Assembly (NCBI GenBank): GCA_905178155.1
Contig: CAJINV010000001.1
Coordinates: 7,013,794-7,077,793, forward strand
Direction of reading: 5' to 3'
DNA length: 64,000 nt
DNA from: Amoebophrya sp. A120
Lineage: Eukaryota > Protista > Dinoflagellata
Below the pieces are notes generated by a model. That model saw only the letters and a list, made by a program, of their open reading frames with translations. It had not been told where the DNA came from and searched no databases. Below are positions 22,714 to 34,184 of this stretch, piece by piece (within the stretch, counting starts at the first letter, position 1; each line of letters begins with the position of its first letter). Made by a program: the position numbers and the translations under genes.

Positions 22714-25700
22714 ATGATGAAGGGTGCCTTGCGGGCCTTGTGTCTGTCGGGGCATGCGCTACTCCCCCGGGCTCGTGCAGCATTCCGGTCCGTCTCGGAG
22801 CCCGACGTTTCGCTGAGATACTCTGCAGGCAGGTCAAGTACAAAAAACCGCGCTGGCGTGCTGATGTGTAGGGCTTGTGGGGATCTTTGCATTGAAACTG
22901 AAGTTGCTGATTGAGGCTTGAAAGTATTAGACATGACATTTCCCCAGAGAAGCGGGTCCCAATTTGCCTTGAGCCTACACATCACGCGACGGCGCAATTC
23001 GTGCTGCAAATCTTGACTTGCAAATTTATTTTTTCTGTGATACACACCACCAAATCTTCCGGGGCGGAGTACTCGGATGAGCCTTCTCTCGGGGACGAGG
23101 AGTCGCAGATCTTCCTGCAAGAACCGATCGCCGCGCTTGTCGGAGCCAACGGGGATGTGCAAGGAGGTATAATGTTGTTTTCTTTTTGAAAAGTACGCGC
23201 CTTCTACAAATGGGAGACAAAAAGCACACTCTGATTGAATGATAATGAAGTGGGGGGGATCACCGTGTCGGCTGTCCGGGTCCGAGAATGCAGAGCTTTT
23301 GTTCTTAACCACGGAATAAAACATCAACAGAACTCCCCGATTGGGGTGCGTCGTCGTTTGCGGAACAAGTACAATATGTGCCCCGCCCCTCGGGACCGCA
23401 CGACATCCACTCGGAACCGCACCAACCGCAGGAACAGGAGGACTGCCACCACGCGGAGGTGCCGGTCCTCAAGTTGCGGTTCGCCTACTTTTCTCCGTTC
23501 GCGGGCACCGAGTACATCAAGTTGGAGGACGAAACGAACACGACCCTCGCTTCCCTGTCTGAGACGGTGCACAAGGAGCTGACCGGATTCGACCACACGA
23601 AGCAGAAGGTGCACTCGCTGATCCGCGTCACGATTGCGCTGCAGGCCTTCGACCGCGCCGAGGAGACGTTTCTGCAGAGCCCGCCCCCGGTCGTGGCGCA
23701 ACTGCGGCGGAAGTCCTTGGGTACGCACTTGGCGCCGGTGGGCGCGGATGACCCGGACGAGCAGCTGCTGGAGGAGGAGATGAAGCAGTGGCTGAGCGGG
23801 CTGTGCCGGTACGCCAAGCACTTCCACCGGGCCAAGCTGGTGATGTCGCACCACTACGCGACCGTGCGCACCCACCCCGCCTCGGTGGCGCAGCTTTCGC
23901 CCGAGGAGTACACGGGCTGGCAAATGTTCCTGGATCGCCTCGAGAAGGTCGGTCTGTACCCAGCCTGGTTCAACCAACTGCACCTGTTGCCGCCGAACTT
24001 TCCGCCCTCCACGGGGGCGCTGGCCCTGCCCACCACGGCCGAAGACGCCTCGGGCTTCCCCGTCGTCTACTTCGACCCGCACAAGAAGTTGGGCGGCCGC
24101 CGAGCCTTCGACGGGCTCTGCCAGGAACCCTTCATGGACCGGACAACCCGGACGTGGCAGTGCAAGCGGCACATGATCAAGATGCGGGACGCGGTGGGCC
24201 GGTGCTGCCAGTTCACGCAGATGTACCCCACGGAAGACGGCATCATGATCCGGGAGCCGCGCTACAAGCTCAACATCAAGTTTGATTACCAGCTCGACAA
24301 CTGGGCGCAGACGAAGATGCACCTCGTGGACGTGAGTTACAATCCCTGGAGCGACACCGAAAGCGTGAATGAGTACAAGGACGTGACGCAGCTGGAGAAG
24401 CACATCCTTCGTGCGATGAAAACCCACGAGAACCCAAAGAACTACCCGGAGGTACAGCAGCTGCTCGAGCTGCAAACCTGGCACACTGCGCATTACGGAC
24501 TATATCAAAGTGAAAAGCGCAATTCAGCTCGCTCCGGCGTGCCACCGGAGTTCTTGTAGAGAAACGCAAACAGTACACAAGTCGCAGCATAAGTGACTCA
24601 ATTGCAGAAGAATGCATGATGAACAATAGATGCTTAGTAGTTTTGCCGTATCAGACGTGAAAAATATCAGATCTGAGCGAACCCCAGTTACCGGCGGAAG
24701 TGGCGCAGGAGCTATTTTCACTTTGATTTGCGTGCCGACGCGGTGGTGGACCCTACGACCGAGATCGATTTCGCGGGGGAGCCGCAGCCGGACGAAGCTT
24801 CTCTGGCGGACCTGATCGTGCGCATCGAGTGCTACAACGACATCGTGTATGGCATGGAGGACTCGGACGGGGCCTTTGGGAACAACATCTACGACCGCCA
24901 CAACAAGAAGGGCCAGGAGGAGCGCCGCATGTACGGCGTGCACCACTCGAACTGCGTGGCAAAGAAGCACGGGAGCGACACACTGTACATGATCGACAGC
25001 AACTTCGTCCCCCCCATGCAAGCGGCGTCGCCCAGCGACGGGCTCCCGCGGTCCATGGCCGCCGGCACCACGAAATATTCGTGGGCGGAGCGGCGCAACA
25101 GCTTCGTTACCCGGCGCAACCAGGACATGGGCGTGGCGGGTGGCTACGAGATTTCGAAGTTGCTCTTCGTGTGGCAGGCGGTGGGTGGCAAGGAGCGAAA
25201 GGCGATGAAGGACGAGTGCTCCTGGGTCTTCGGCCGGATCTACGACAAGGGGGAGGCGAGGCGGTGGACGCACGAGAACCCGGCGGAGGCGCCGGAGGTT
25301 GGCGACATCGAGTACGCGTTCGACACGTTCCCACTCGACGAGATGTACAAATCGCGCGCCGAGGGGGGCCGCGGCGTCTCGCCCGGGGATTTGACGGGGG
25401 CCACCCCGAATCAGGTGGCCTTCGCCGCCAACTTTGCCGGGACCTCACGCGGGAACTACCTGTCGCTGATGGGCGACTTCATTTCCTGCAACAGCACCAG
25501 CCGGGGCGTCTCGGAGAAAAAAGCGAAGGACGTGTGGATTCGCATGCTGCAGCTCACGCCGATCGACGAGGAGCACCTGGCGGAACCGTCCATGACCACG
25601 CAGCAGGTGCTCGACAGCTACGCCCTGCTCAAGAAGGAGGAGCTGGAGGACGGTTTTTACAACCAGAACCGGCACCGGTCCCAGGTGGAAAACGTCGCTT

Positions 25701-26992
25701 TGTTCAACCCCGTCTCCTACAATCCCAAGTGGACCTGCACGAGTTTCGTGGTCGGGTACATGGCGGGTTTCTTGGCCCTCGCGGAGGAGGAGAAGAATCA
25801 CGGCGTGATGCCCTCCGTCATGGACCCCACCATGCTCCAGCTGGTGTACCGCGAACTGTGGTCGTACGAAGCCAACTGGATCGGCGACGACGGCACGCTC
25901 CTGATCGGGAGCCAGGACGGGCTGTTCCGCAAGTCGAACCTGCTGGAGCCGGATCCCAGCCTGATCGGGATTGGGCTGGAGCGCCCGGGAAACCCGCTGG
26001 TGGTGGCCGGGCTCACCGTGGGCAACCACGAAAATGAGTTGCGCACTTCGCCGACCGAGCTCTCCAAGGTCTTGCGCCACTCCCGCCACCTGGTCGTGCC
26101 CATCCGCCCGCCACCCCCGCTCCCGGAGCCGGAGCCGGAAGACATCTACTCGTCGTATCCGTACCACTACTACCATTACGAATCGGAGGAAGATCACACG
26201 ACTGACGACCACGGTGCGGGCGAAACGCACACAACCCACGATCACCACGAGGACGTCGGCACACACTCCATGCCGATCTACAATCCGGCCGACGCCGAAC
26301 ACCACGCCAACTCGTACACGCCGGCTTATCATTACCCGCCGTTGCCTGAGTACGCCGAGTCTCATCCCGTTTCCCCGCCGGCTGCTCCTCTGCCGCCGGC
26401 GCACCACGGCCATTCTACGCCGCACAGCCACGGCCACCACCCGGCACACGGCCACCACCACTACGGCCACCACGGCCACGGCTATTCTACGCCGTACAGC
26501 TACGGCCACGACCCGGCACACGGCCACCACCACCACCACCACGGTCACCACCAGCACGGCTATTCTACGTCGCACGAAACCCCCGCGCCGCACTACTCGC
26601 ACTCCGCGCCGGCGCAGTACCCGGCGTCGACGCCCCCGTACACCGAGTCGTATTCGCCTCCGGTGCACCACGGCCCTTCTGCGCCGCACAGCTACGGCTA
26701 CCACCCGGAACACGTCGAGGTCCACGCGCCGCCGCACAATTCGTACCCTGAGCACATCGAACCGCTCCCCGTCTCCCCTGCTGCTCCCGTGACGTCGGCG
26801 CACCCCGCGGAGGCAACCGCCGCGCCGCCGAGCCAGGACGGTTCCACGCTGAGCACAGCGGCGCCCGACCAGACCACGACCTCTCACCCGTCTGCGACGG
26901 ATGGCCACGGTGCGGCGGACCACAATCCGTTGGCCCCGTTTGTCCCGATGATGCAGCAGAGTCTGCGCGGGATTGGTCAAATATCACTCTGA
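22714..26992 (+). CDS. Large hypothetical protein with His/Pro/Tyr-rich C-terminal repeats; ORFs 23378-24559 and 24728-26992 are probably one gene
   Basis: GT-AG intron 23167-23330 joins ...DVQG-ELPDW in frame. The TIR element at 24503-24728 separates two same-frame, strongly GC3-biased ORFs. The first exon (22714-22832, signal-peptide-like) is uncertain. Confidence 0.6.
24503..24728. mobile_element. Degenerate TIR introner (TATCAAAGTGAAAA...TTTTCACTTTGAT)
   Basis: 13-bp perfect inverted repeat ATCAAAGTGAAAA/TTTTCACTTTGAT. Element + 5 nt = 231 nt keeps the frame; the flanking 5-mers do not match. Confidence 0.7.
26400..26580 (+). repeat. Coding tandem repeat (HGxSTPxSxGHxPAHGHHH)
   Basis: CACGGCYATTCTACG occurs three times; CACAGC/TACAGC..GGCCAC.ACCCGGCACACGGCCACCACCAC occurs twice. 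Confidence 0.85.
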
Positions 26993-27279
26993 AAAGACCC
27001 AGCGAAGCGTAAATTCGTCCCCTCGATTTTTATATGTATGTTTCGAGGCACCACCTAATTTTTCTATTATCATACAGTGTGGCAGCGTCTTCAGGCAAGA
27101 GGAGGTCAAAGTGTGTAGCATGTACTATTCGGAAACGCATTGGTAGCGCTAGCTGCACCTGCACCTGCGTCACGAAAATCATTCGTACACTAGGCAACAC
27201 CTCGAAGATCATGAAAATGATACAGAAACAAGGTGCTCTATTAGAGCCGCGCTGTGTTTTTTTGGCCTGGCCATACGCA

Positions 27280-29155
27280 ATGTTCCAGCGGGCGGGCGGA
27301 CAACAGGGTCCGCATTCGAGTTCGTTTCTCGAGGGCGATTTCTTCGCCGGCTTCCGGAACGCGATTCAGGAGCACGTGGGGCCTATCACACAGGAAAATG
27401 CTAGCATATCACGCGAAGATACAAAAAAAATTTTACTATGATATACTTACACGACAAATCTAGCAAGAACCAAAAATGTTCGGGCTGGACGACCCCGGGC
27501 CCGCAGTAAGGTATTGCAGAAATAAGTAATGCAAGACAGAATTTGATTGCATTGCAAATGCGGTAATATGCTAGGTGGCTTTTTTCTGTGGGATAAAACC
27601 CGAGGTGGATTGGGAGGAGGCCGCGGAGTATCAAATGTAAAAATGTCCGGGTCTGGAAGATTCTGACACTTGTCATGCACGTTTTGCATGAGCCCTGATG
27701 TCTGTGATGCATGCCCTAGCATCACAGATTTTGTGGGAGCTTCTTGATGCCTATTCCGCATGACAAATGCCCTCTCCGCGTAGCAAAAAATACATTCCTT
27801 TTGGTACTCATGCAATACAGATTTTTCTGGAATCCAAATGCAGCATCACAAGTTCCAACCTTCCAGACCCAGACATTTTACTTGTGATACGGAGAAATTG
27901 CCCGCGATGTTGCCCGGGTTGCAGCGTCGGACCATATGCAAGAAAAAAAGTGCGTAAGTGTAAATTTGTGTTGCAGAACATGCAACAGAGTTACACCTGT
28001 CATGCCAGACAGCCACGAAGCTCTCTTTTCAGGTGTGTTTTGCCTTACAAGCCACGCGTGACAGGTTTTCTCTGTCATGTAGAGCAAATGATGCTGTTCC
28101 TCAAAGAAAGTTACACTTACACACTTTTTTTCCTGGATAGACCACGACGGCGATGCAGTACTGGAACGAGCGAACGCAGGACTACGTCGGGGGCGAGGCT
28201 GATGTCGTGGAGCACCGTTTCGAACTGTACTGGGGGGCGGCGGGTGACGAGTGGCGGCGGTCGGTCGGCTTCCTCCAGGATGTGGCACACTTGGACCTGA
28301 ACCAGGATGCCGGGTACGTGCCGAAAGAATTTCATCCGGGCGTGGGGGAGGACCAGGCCAAGCTGCGCAGTGGCGTGAACAAGCACACTATCCTTGGTCA
28401 ACTGGTGTGGAAGAGTTCCCCTCCCGCTCTTTTTGTAGACACCACGGAAGATGACATGAGGAAAATGCATTGCAGGTAAAGAAGAACATGACAGAGAGTA
28501 GAGAAAATAGCGTGATCTTCGTTGCACGACACGCACCTCTTGGCGAAGGTAGATCTGCAGCGTATGCATAAAAAAACTGGCAGTAAGTGTTTCATTGCAC
28601 TTTCGATGTGAAGACAAGGCTCCAGCTGAGAACAGCATCCTTCGGAACAGATCGCGCAGTTTTCTTCCGCGCTAGCGGCCCTTTTGTTTCTGGTGTAGGG
28701 CGGGGAAAAATCTTCCTACCGGATAAGCACCAAGAAGCGAGTGATGGAGTGGCGGAACTTTCCCGAAGAGGTGGTGGATTTGGTCATCGAGGCGCACGAG
28801 AAAACCGCCGAACAGCAAGCCATCTATCCTGCGGGAAAGTTTGCGTCAAATCAACACGCGTGCGGTGCTTCTTGTCATGCTGTTACCGTAGATTTTTGTG
28901 CTTCTTGCTTTTCCCGCCTCTCTTTAGCCGTGAGAGGGCCGGGCCCTCCATGATGCTACTTGCGTCATGATGGCATCGCGGTACTGTTCTTGCGGTTAAA
29001 AAGTAGATTGCACATCACGCTGTGTGAAGATGTTGAGGCAGCTGTTTCATGGGATACGCAGATCCGGAATGCCGGGGGCCGCTGAGACCACCGCGAAACT
29101 GTTGGACAGATCCCTCGGGAAAGGATGTTTCAAACGCAGAAAAGAATCAATTTGA
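27280..29155 (+). CDS. Hypothetical multi-exon protein interrupted by three TIR introners
   Basis: Spliced frame MFQRAGG...EHVGP-EVDWEEAAE-KLPAMLPGLQRRT-TTAMQYWNERT...KMHC; exons 27280-27383, 27601-27628, 27895-27934, 28145-~28475. The 3' exons (28.7-29.15 kb) are uncertain. Confidence 0.6.
27384..27595. mobile_element. TIR introner family C
   Basis: TATCACACAGGAAAATGCTAGCATATC...TAATATGCTAGGTGGCTTTTTTCTGTGGGATA. Flanks GGGCC/AAACC match only partly, but removing element + 5 nt restores the frame. Confidence 0.8.
27629..27889. mobile_element. TIR introner family A copy 3
   Basis: TATCAAATGTAAAAATGTCCGGGTCTGGAAG...CTTCCAGACCCAGACATTTTACTTGTGATA; CGGAG direct repeat at 27624-27628 and 27890-27894. 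Confidence 0.92.
27935..28139. mobile_element. TIR introner family B copy 1
   Basis: TATGCAAGAAAAAAAGTGCGTAAGTGTAA...TTACACTTACACACTTTTTTTCCTGGATA; GACCA direct repeat at 27930-27934 and 28140-28144. Confidence 0.9.
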
Positions 29156-30364
29156 GATAGTTCCAAATATCAATGAATGTTTCACAGGAAAGATATAGAT
29201 GGAATTTCCGTCTTCGCAGAATTTGTTCTACGAGAAAAGCATGTGAATGGCTATTAACTAGTTGGAAATCTATCAGTTTCGAGACCGAGTTGTCTCGGTG
29301 ATGTATGAATCGTCAGAAAGAAAAATATAGCATTGCCTGCACTATTCTACTATCCGGTATGATTTATTGTTGTTATTGTTTTGATATTTGCACAGTTTCA
29401 GCTCGCAGTTTCACCTTCAAAAATATTGTATCAAAATTAAAAGCGAAAATCGTCTTACCAGCGCAGATCTTGGCGCACGACAAACGTTGTCGGTGCAGGA
29501 GGCATGTGCAATTTCTTTCTGAAAAGGGCACTGTTTCCTTCAGGGGGTCTATCGCTTGTCAGACACGAACGCTACCGTTCAGAAATTATGTAGATCTAGT
29601 TTGTTTATGTGCTGCATGAATCAGTAAAAATTTTTAATTATGTATCATTCAAAATCCGACCACAGGGATGTTAGATAACACTGAAAAGGCGTTATGCGAG
29701 GCATCGACTGCATTGCGGTTCTGCCTCGCTTTCTGCTTATCAGTGGTATCTGTCCCGCCAAGAAGCACTAAGTTGTGTCCGCAATAAGGCACAGCAGCCG
29801 CAAGAGGTTTTGTTGCGTGCACTATCGCAAGAGAAAAAACAGCAGAATGTGATTGTTGAAATTTTAGTTGGGTTTGCACAGGTTTAGGTACTGAAAACTC
29901 GTTCGCTCTTTTCTTCAAGGAGCGGATGTGTGTAAAGGCAGCGCTTACACCGTGTGTTCACTTGTTTGGCGATGAAGTACCTTTGTGACTGCGTATCAGA
30001 ATGAGCGGTGCGCCATGCCGAGTGATGAGAGGAAAGAGTGCCACCCTTGCAGTTCTGATGCCATCAGGACCCAAAATCAACAACGCACGTCCTAAGAGGA
30101 GTGCATACGTATCCCTTTTACGTAAGGATTTGTGCCACGCTTCATAGTTGTAATCCCAATTAATCTCGACATGATCAGGTTTCAGGTCGCAAATTAAAAT
30201 TTCCGTATTTTTCAAGAAACGTAATGCCTTCGACACGAGTACACCGCTGCTCTTGTACTTTTTCAAGGCCTTGCTACGCGCTTCGGGACTGTATCTCCGC
30301 TAGTAGCAGACGGTAAACTTCCCACCTATTCGTCGATCCACCACGGCGAACACCACGTGCTAAG

Positions 30365-31602
30365 ATGTTGATGCTGGTTGATTGCGGCCCGCCTATCAAA
30401 TGCAAAAATGTCTGGGTCTGGAAGATTTTGAGATTTGTCATGCTTGTCTGGCATGACCAAAAAGTTTGTGATGCGTGTCCAAGAAGAGACCCTTTTGCCT
30501 GTCATGCAAAAACGCAGTTTCTCATGCGAAAAACGCAACACAAAGAAGCGCAGATATTTCTCATGCTTGCCTGTGCATTACAGGGCATTCGCATTCACTA
30601 TTCCCAACGCAGCATTACAAGTTTCCAGACCCAGACATTTTTGCTGTTGATACCGCCCAGCCGCAAGCAACTGTACTACGCCAATGCGGGATTTTATCAC
30701 AGGAAAAAAGTGTTACAGTTACACATTTGTTGGAGTTTCTGCATCACGAAGTTGCTCGACATGGCTAAGAAAACCTGTGATGCGCAGACTGTAAGGGAAA
30801 ACACCAATGAAATGAGGCTGGCAAGCATTTCCTGCATGACAGAGGTTGTCTGTCTTGCTTGTTTCCCATCAGAGTGTGTAACTGTAACACTTTTTTCTCA
30901 CGATAGATTTTTCATCGGCCTTATGTTCACCGTGATAGGTATGCGGATTTCGCGGTTCCTTGCCTGGGTGGGGTTTCTGATGGCAATCGCCTGCGGAATC
31001 CAGGTTGTCTTGTTCGGGTGTTTGTACCTTAAATACGGCTGGCGAGAAGAACGACCCAGAATAACCATCACGGAAAGACCGCCATCCATGTAAGTGCAAC
31101 AGTAAGTTGTTTAAGCGATGATCTACTTCTAGGGATGTTTTCGATGGACCCTAGTAGACATAAGCAGAAAATGTTGCATCGAGGGTAACGGAAACGCATT
31201 GTCTTCATTTTGTGTCACTACTGGTTTTCCATGAAAAAGGACGCCCACGGCTCGAGCTTGTTCTTGTTAAAGGTGATTTATTATGTTTCCACATATTTTC
31301 ACAGGATGGACCCACGGCTGCAGCAGCCGACGGTGATTTACATGCAGGATACTGGCAGTGGGCCGGTGGTGGTCGCGCAGGTGCAGAGCGGGCAAATTCC
31401 ACCCAACGCGGGTTTTGGTGGTAGCACGACGGTGGGGCAGCCAATGTATAACTACAACCAGCAACCTTTTCCGCCGGGCGGTATGATGCAGCAGCCAGGT
31501 TACGCTGGTAACTATCCGAACAACATGCAGCCTCTACCGACGCAAGGTGTAGTACCCGGGGGAGCGCAGCGACCCGCGCAAGGGCATCCGGCATACACGG
31601 AA
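30365..31602 (+). CDS. Small membrane protein with Q/P/G-rich tail; two introners and GT-AG introns
   Basis: Exons 30365-30393, 30658-30694, 30911-31089, 31305-31602 give MLMLVDCGPP-SRKQLYYANAGF-FIGLMF...RPPSM-MDPRLQQP...AYTE. GTAAGT donors at 31090 and 31603; the final exon is not resolved. Confidence 0.55.
30394..30652. mobile_element. TIR introner family A copy 4
   Basis: TATCAAATGCAAAAATGTCTGGGTCTGGAA...TTCCAGACCCAGACATTTTTGCTGTTGATA; CCGCC direct repeat at 30389-30393 and 30653-30657. Confidence 0.93.
30695..30905. mobile_element. TIR introner family B copy 2
   Basis: TATCACAGGAAAAAAGTGTTACAGTTACACA...TGTGTAACTGTAACACTTTTTTCTCACGATA; GATTT direct repeat at 30690-30694 and 30906-30910. 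Confidence 0.92.
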
Positions 31603-32420
31603 GTAAGTTGAGCGTCGTGGATCAAGTTCGCCTGCTTGCAACTGCTCGCATTACGCAAGAGCGCGGTGATGTCTACAGAGAAGCTCATGCCGGCACCAGA
31701 TCTCGGAGAAAGACACTTTTCACCAGGAACGGCGAAACCGTAGACGAACTTTATTTGGGAAGAGATGAACCGGAGGGGGAGTTGAACCTAGCGTTGGATC
31801 TGGAACCCGGGTGTTCTCGACCTGCCATGTCGAAGTACAGGGGAATATGGTCGCTGTGGCGACTGTGACGAGGAAGGTAGCAACTTCGTAGGCTTGCCGA
31901 TGCAAGAACGGGTGCACTACAATAGCATCGCTGGAGATGATGTTGAAGTAAGTGTGCGCGCTGCTGCAATTTTTTTTTTGCGGTCGGTCCCCGCAGGACA
32001 CCACGAACCAACGTTGGCAACAGGCACTAGAACAGCTAAGCTGCTGCAAGAAAAAAAACAAATTGTACGATCGCAGGGAAAAAGCGCAAATAATGTCGTA
32101 GAAATTTATATATGATGTATCTGTTGTTTTCATACTTGAGAACTTTCCCCGAGCGTTTCTGCTTTGAAGGGGCGCGCCGCAGGGACATTTTTAATGTTCT
32201 ACCCTTAAGGGTTTTTCGGTCGTGCTTTCTGTCGGTCCTCGTGGTGCGAAGATCTCACTTTTCTCAATGCCTGGATCGTTGTTTGCCGGAGATCTCTTGG
32301 ATATGTCGTGATTCTCTTTTGCACAAGTGGTGATTGAGTTTGCTCTACATCTACTCACGCATTGGTGCTGCCGTCGACGGCACTTCCAGCCGCCTACCGA
32401 CTCCGAGCTGCGCTATCAGT

Positions 32421-34184
32421 ATGACGAAAAAGCCGAGCTTCCTGAAGCGACAGGGATCCACGGCAGCGGAGGAGGCGATTTTGTGTGCCCACGATGCGCT
32501 TGCGCAGGAAGAGGCGAAGCGGCGGCGGAGCTCCGTGTACTCTGATTTCTCCGGTCCCGGCCGCAGAGGTGACGCAGGCCCGGTCCCGGAGGGAGAGGGG
32601 CGATCTCCGGGGCGAGACACGAACGTGAGCGTCGCGGACTTTGGAAACGAAGATGACGACCAGGACCACGACGAGAGCATGTCCCGCTTGCTTTCCTCCG
32701 CGATTCCGCTTTTTTTCAGCGGGATCCAGTTTGTTTTCATCAAGATGACGGACACGGCGCTCGCGGGGCACGTGGACGCCAAATTTCTGACCGTGACCGC
32801 GTTCTCCGACTTTTACACGCAGCTCTACAGCGTCGTCACCTCCTCCCGGGTGCTGGGGAGTCTGGCCGCCCCGGCGGTGGGCGCCAAGGACTACCAGCTG
32901 GTGGGTGCCTACCTGCAGACCGCGATCGTGGTTTTGTTCGCGCTCGCCGTGCCCGTGGTTTTTCTCAATTGCTGTGCGGGCCTGGTCCTGCACTACGGAT
33001 TGAAGGTGCCCTGGGACCTGGCGGCCCCCGCGGGGTACTACGCGGCGGTGTTGTCTCTCTGCCTCCCGGCGAGAATCCTCATGGCGCAGCTGAGCCAGTT
33101 CCTCGTGGCGCAGGAGTGCGCCGACATCCCCTCCAGCGTCAGCTTTGTGCCCCCGGTGCTGAACTTTTTGTTCGGCATGCAGTTCGTGTTGGGAATACCG
33201 CTCACCGCCTACGGGTTCGGGTTTTTCGCCTGCCCTTGGGTGACGGTTTTCGTGGAGTACGTTGGATTACTAGCGGTATTCGCCGCGATGTACGTGCGCA
33301 GCGACCCGACCACGCGCGACTTGTGGAAGTGCTGGCCGAAGGAGTCGGTGTTGCCGAAGTTTTTACAGTGCGGTGGGGGTGAAGTACTAGACGGTAAAAA
33401 TCTTCAAAACCAAGCGCCAACCATGGCAAGTGCGACGGCAGACACGAACGACAAGAGCCGCGACGAGAGTACTAAAGATAATAAATCGAGTTCTTACGTC
33501 GCGACTGCGATTGTGCCGAAAATCCGGCCCTTTCTCGATCTGCACCTTCCGCAAGTCGCGGCGTTGTCGAGCGACTTTTGGCGGTTCTCGGCGATTGGAT
33601 GGATGTCCTCGTGGCCCTCGATCAACGGCGCCGGCGTGTTTAACGCGGGTTACCGCATCGCGTGGCTCAACATGACGCTGACCTCGTCCCTCGCGACCGC
33701 CGGCAGCATGGTGATCGGGGCCAAGTTGGGGAGGGGCGACGGCGCGGGCGCGGAGCGCATGTTTTGGAAGTGCCTGCAGCTGATCCTCGCGATTTTGGTC
33801 GTATCCAGCATAATTTGGGTCGTCTTTGCCAAGCAAGTCGCGGTGATTTTCGCGAAGGACCAGTCCTTCGTGGACGCGTTTGCGTCGGTCAGCGTCAGCT
33901 TCTCCTGCTTCGTCTTCACCATGAACCTCTCCGTCGCGCTGGAGTCTTTTTTGATCACGCTGAAGAAGAACGCGCTGGTGCTGAAAGCGACGCTGATCGG
34001 CTCCTGGCTCGGGCAGGTGCCGGCAGTTTTTGTGCTGCTCGTGGGGTTCGGGGAGTCGCTCAGTCACGTGTACTGGGGCGTGAGCATCGGGTATTTCATT
34101 CTCTGCGCCCTGTACTGGAACGCGCTGCGGAGCGTACTGTGGCACCAGGAGGCGGAGCTGGCACAGGAATTCATGAGGGTGTAG
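32421..34184 (+). CDS. MATE family efflux transporter
   Basis: About 12 hydrophobic segments; TDTALAGHV, AVGAKDY, VIGAKLGRGD motifs of the two MATE repeats. Confidence 0.85.
   Translation: MTKKPSFLKRQGSTAAEEAILCAHDALAQEEAKRRRSSVYSDFSGPGRRGDAGPVPEGEGRSPGRDTNVSVADFGNEDDDQDHDESMSRLLSSAIPLFFSGIQFVFIKMTDTALAGHVDAKFLTVTAFSDFYTQLYSVVTSSRVLGSLAAPAVGAKDYQLVGAYLQTAIVVLFALAVPVVFLNCCAGLVLHYGLKVPWDLAAPAGYYAAVLSLCLPARILMAQLSQFLVAQECADIPSSVSFVPPVLNFLFGMQFVLGIPLTAYGFGFFACPWVTVFVEYVGLLAVFAAMYVRSDPTTRDLWKCWPKESVLPKFLQCGGGEVLDGKNLQNQAPTMASATADTNDKSRDESTKDNKSSSYVATAIVPKIRPFLDLHLPQVAALSSDFWRFSAIGWMSSWPSINGAGVFNAGYRIAWLNMTLTSSLATAGSMVIGAKLGRGDGAGAERMFWKCLQLILAILVVSSIIWVVFAKQVAVIFAKDQSFVDAFASVSVSFSCFVFTMNLSVALESFLITLKKNALVLKATLIGSWLGQVPAVFVLLVGFGESLSHVYWGVSIGYFILCALYWNALRSVLWHQEAELAQEFMRV

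Noticed and set aside
23029-23042. TTTTTTCTGTGATA resembling an introner right end
   Set aside because: No convincing matching left TIR or 5-bp duplication found upstream.
28740-28810. WRNFPEEVVDLVIEAHE as a WWE (ADP-ribose-binding) domain linked to the Deltex gene
   Set aside because: Only a short partial resemblance, exon structure unresolved, and 7 kb away.
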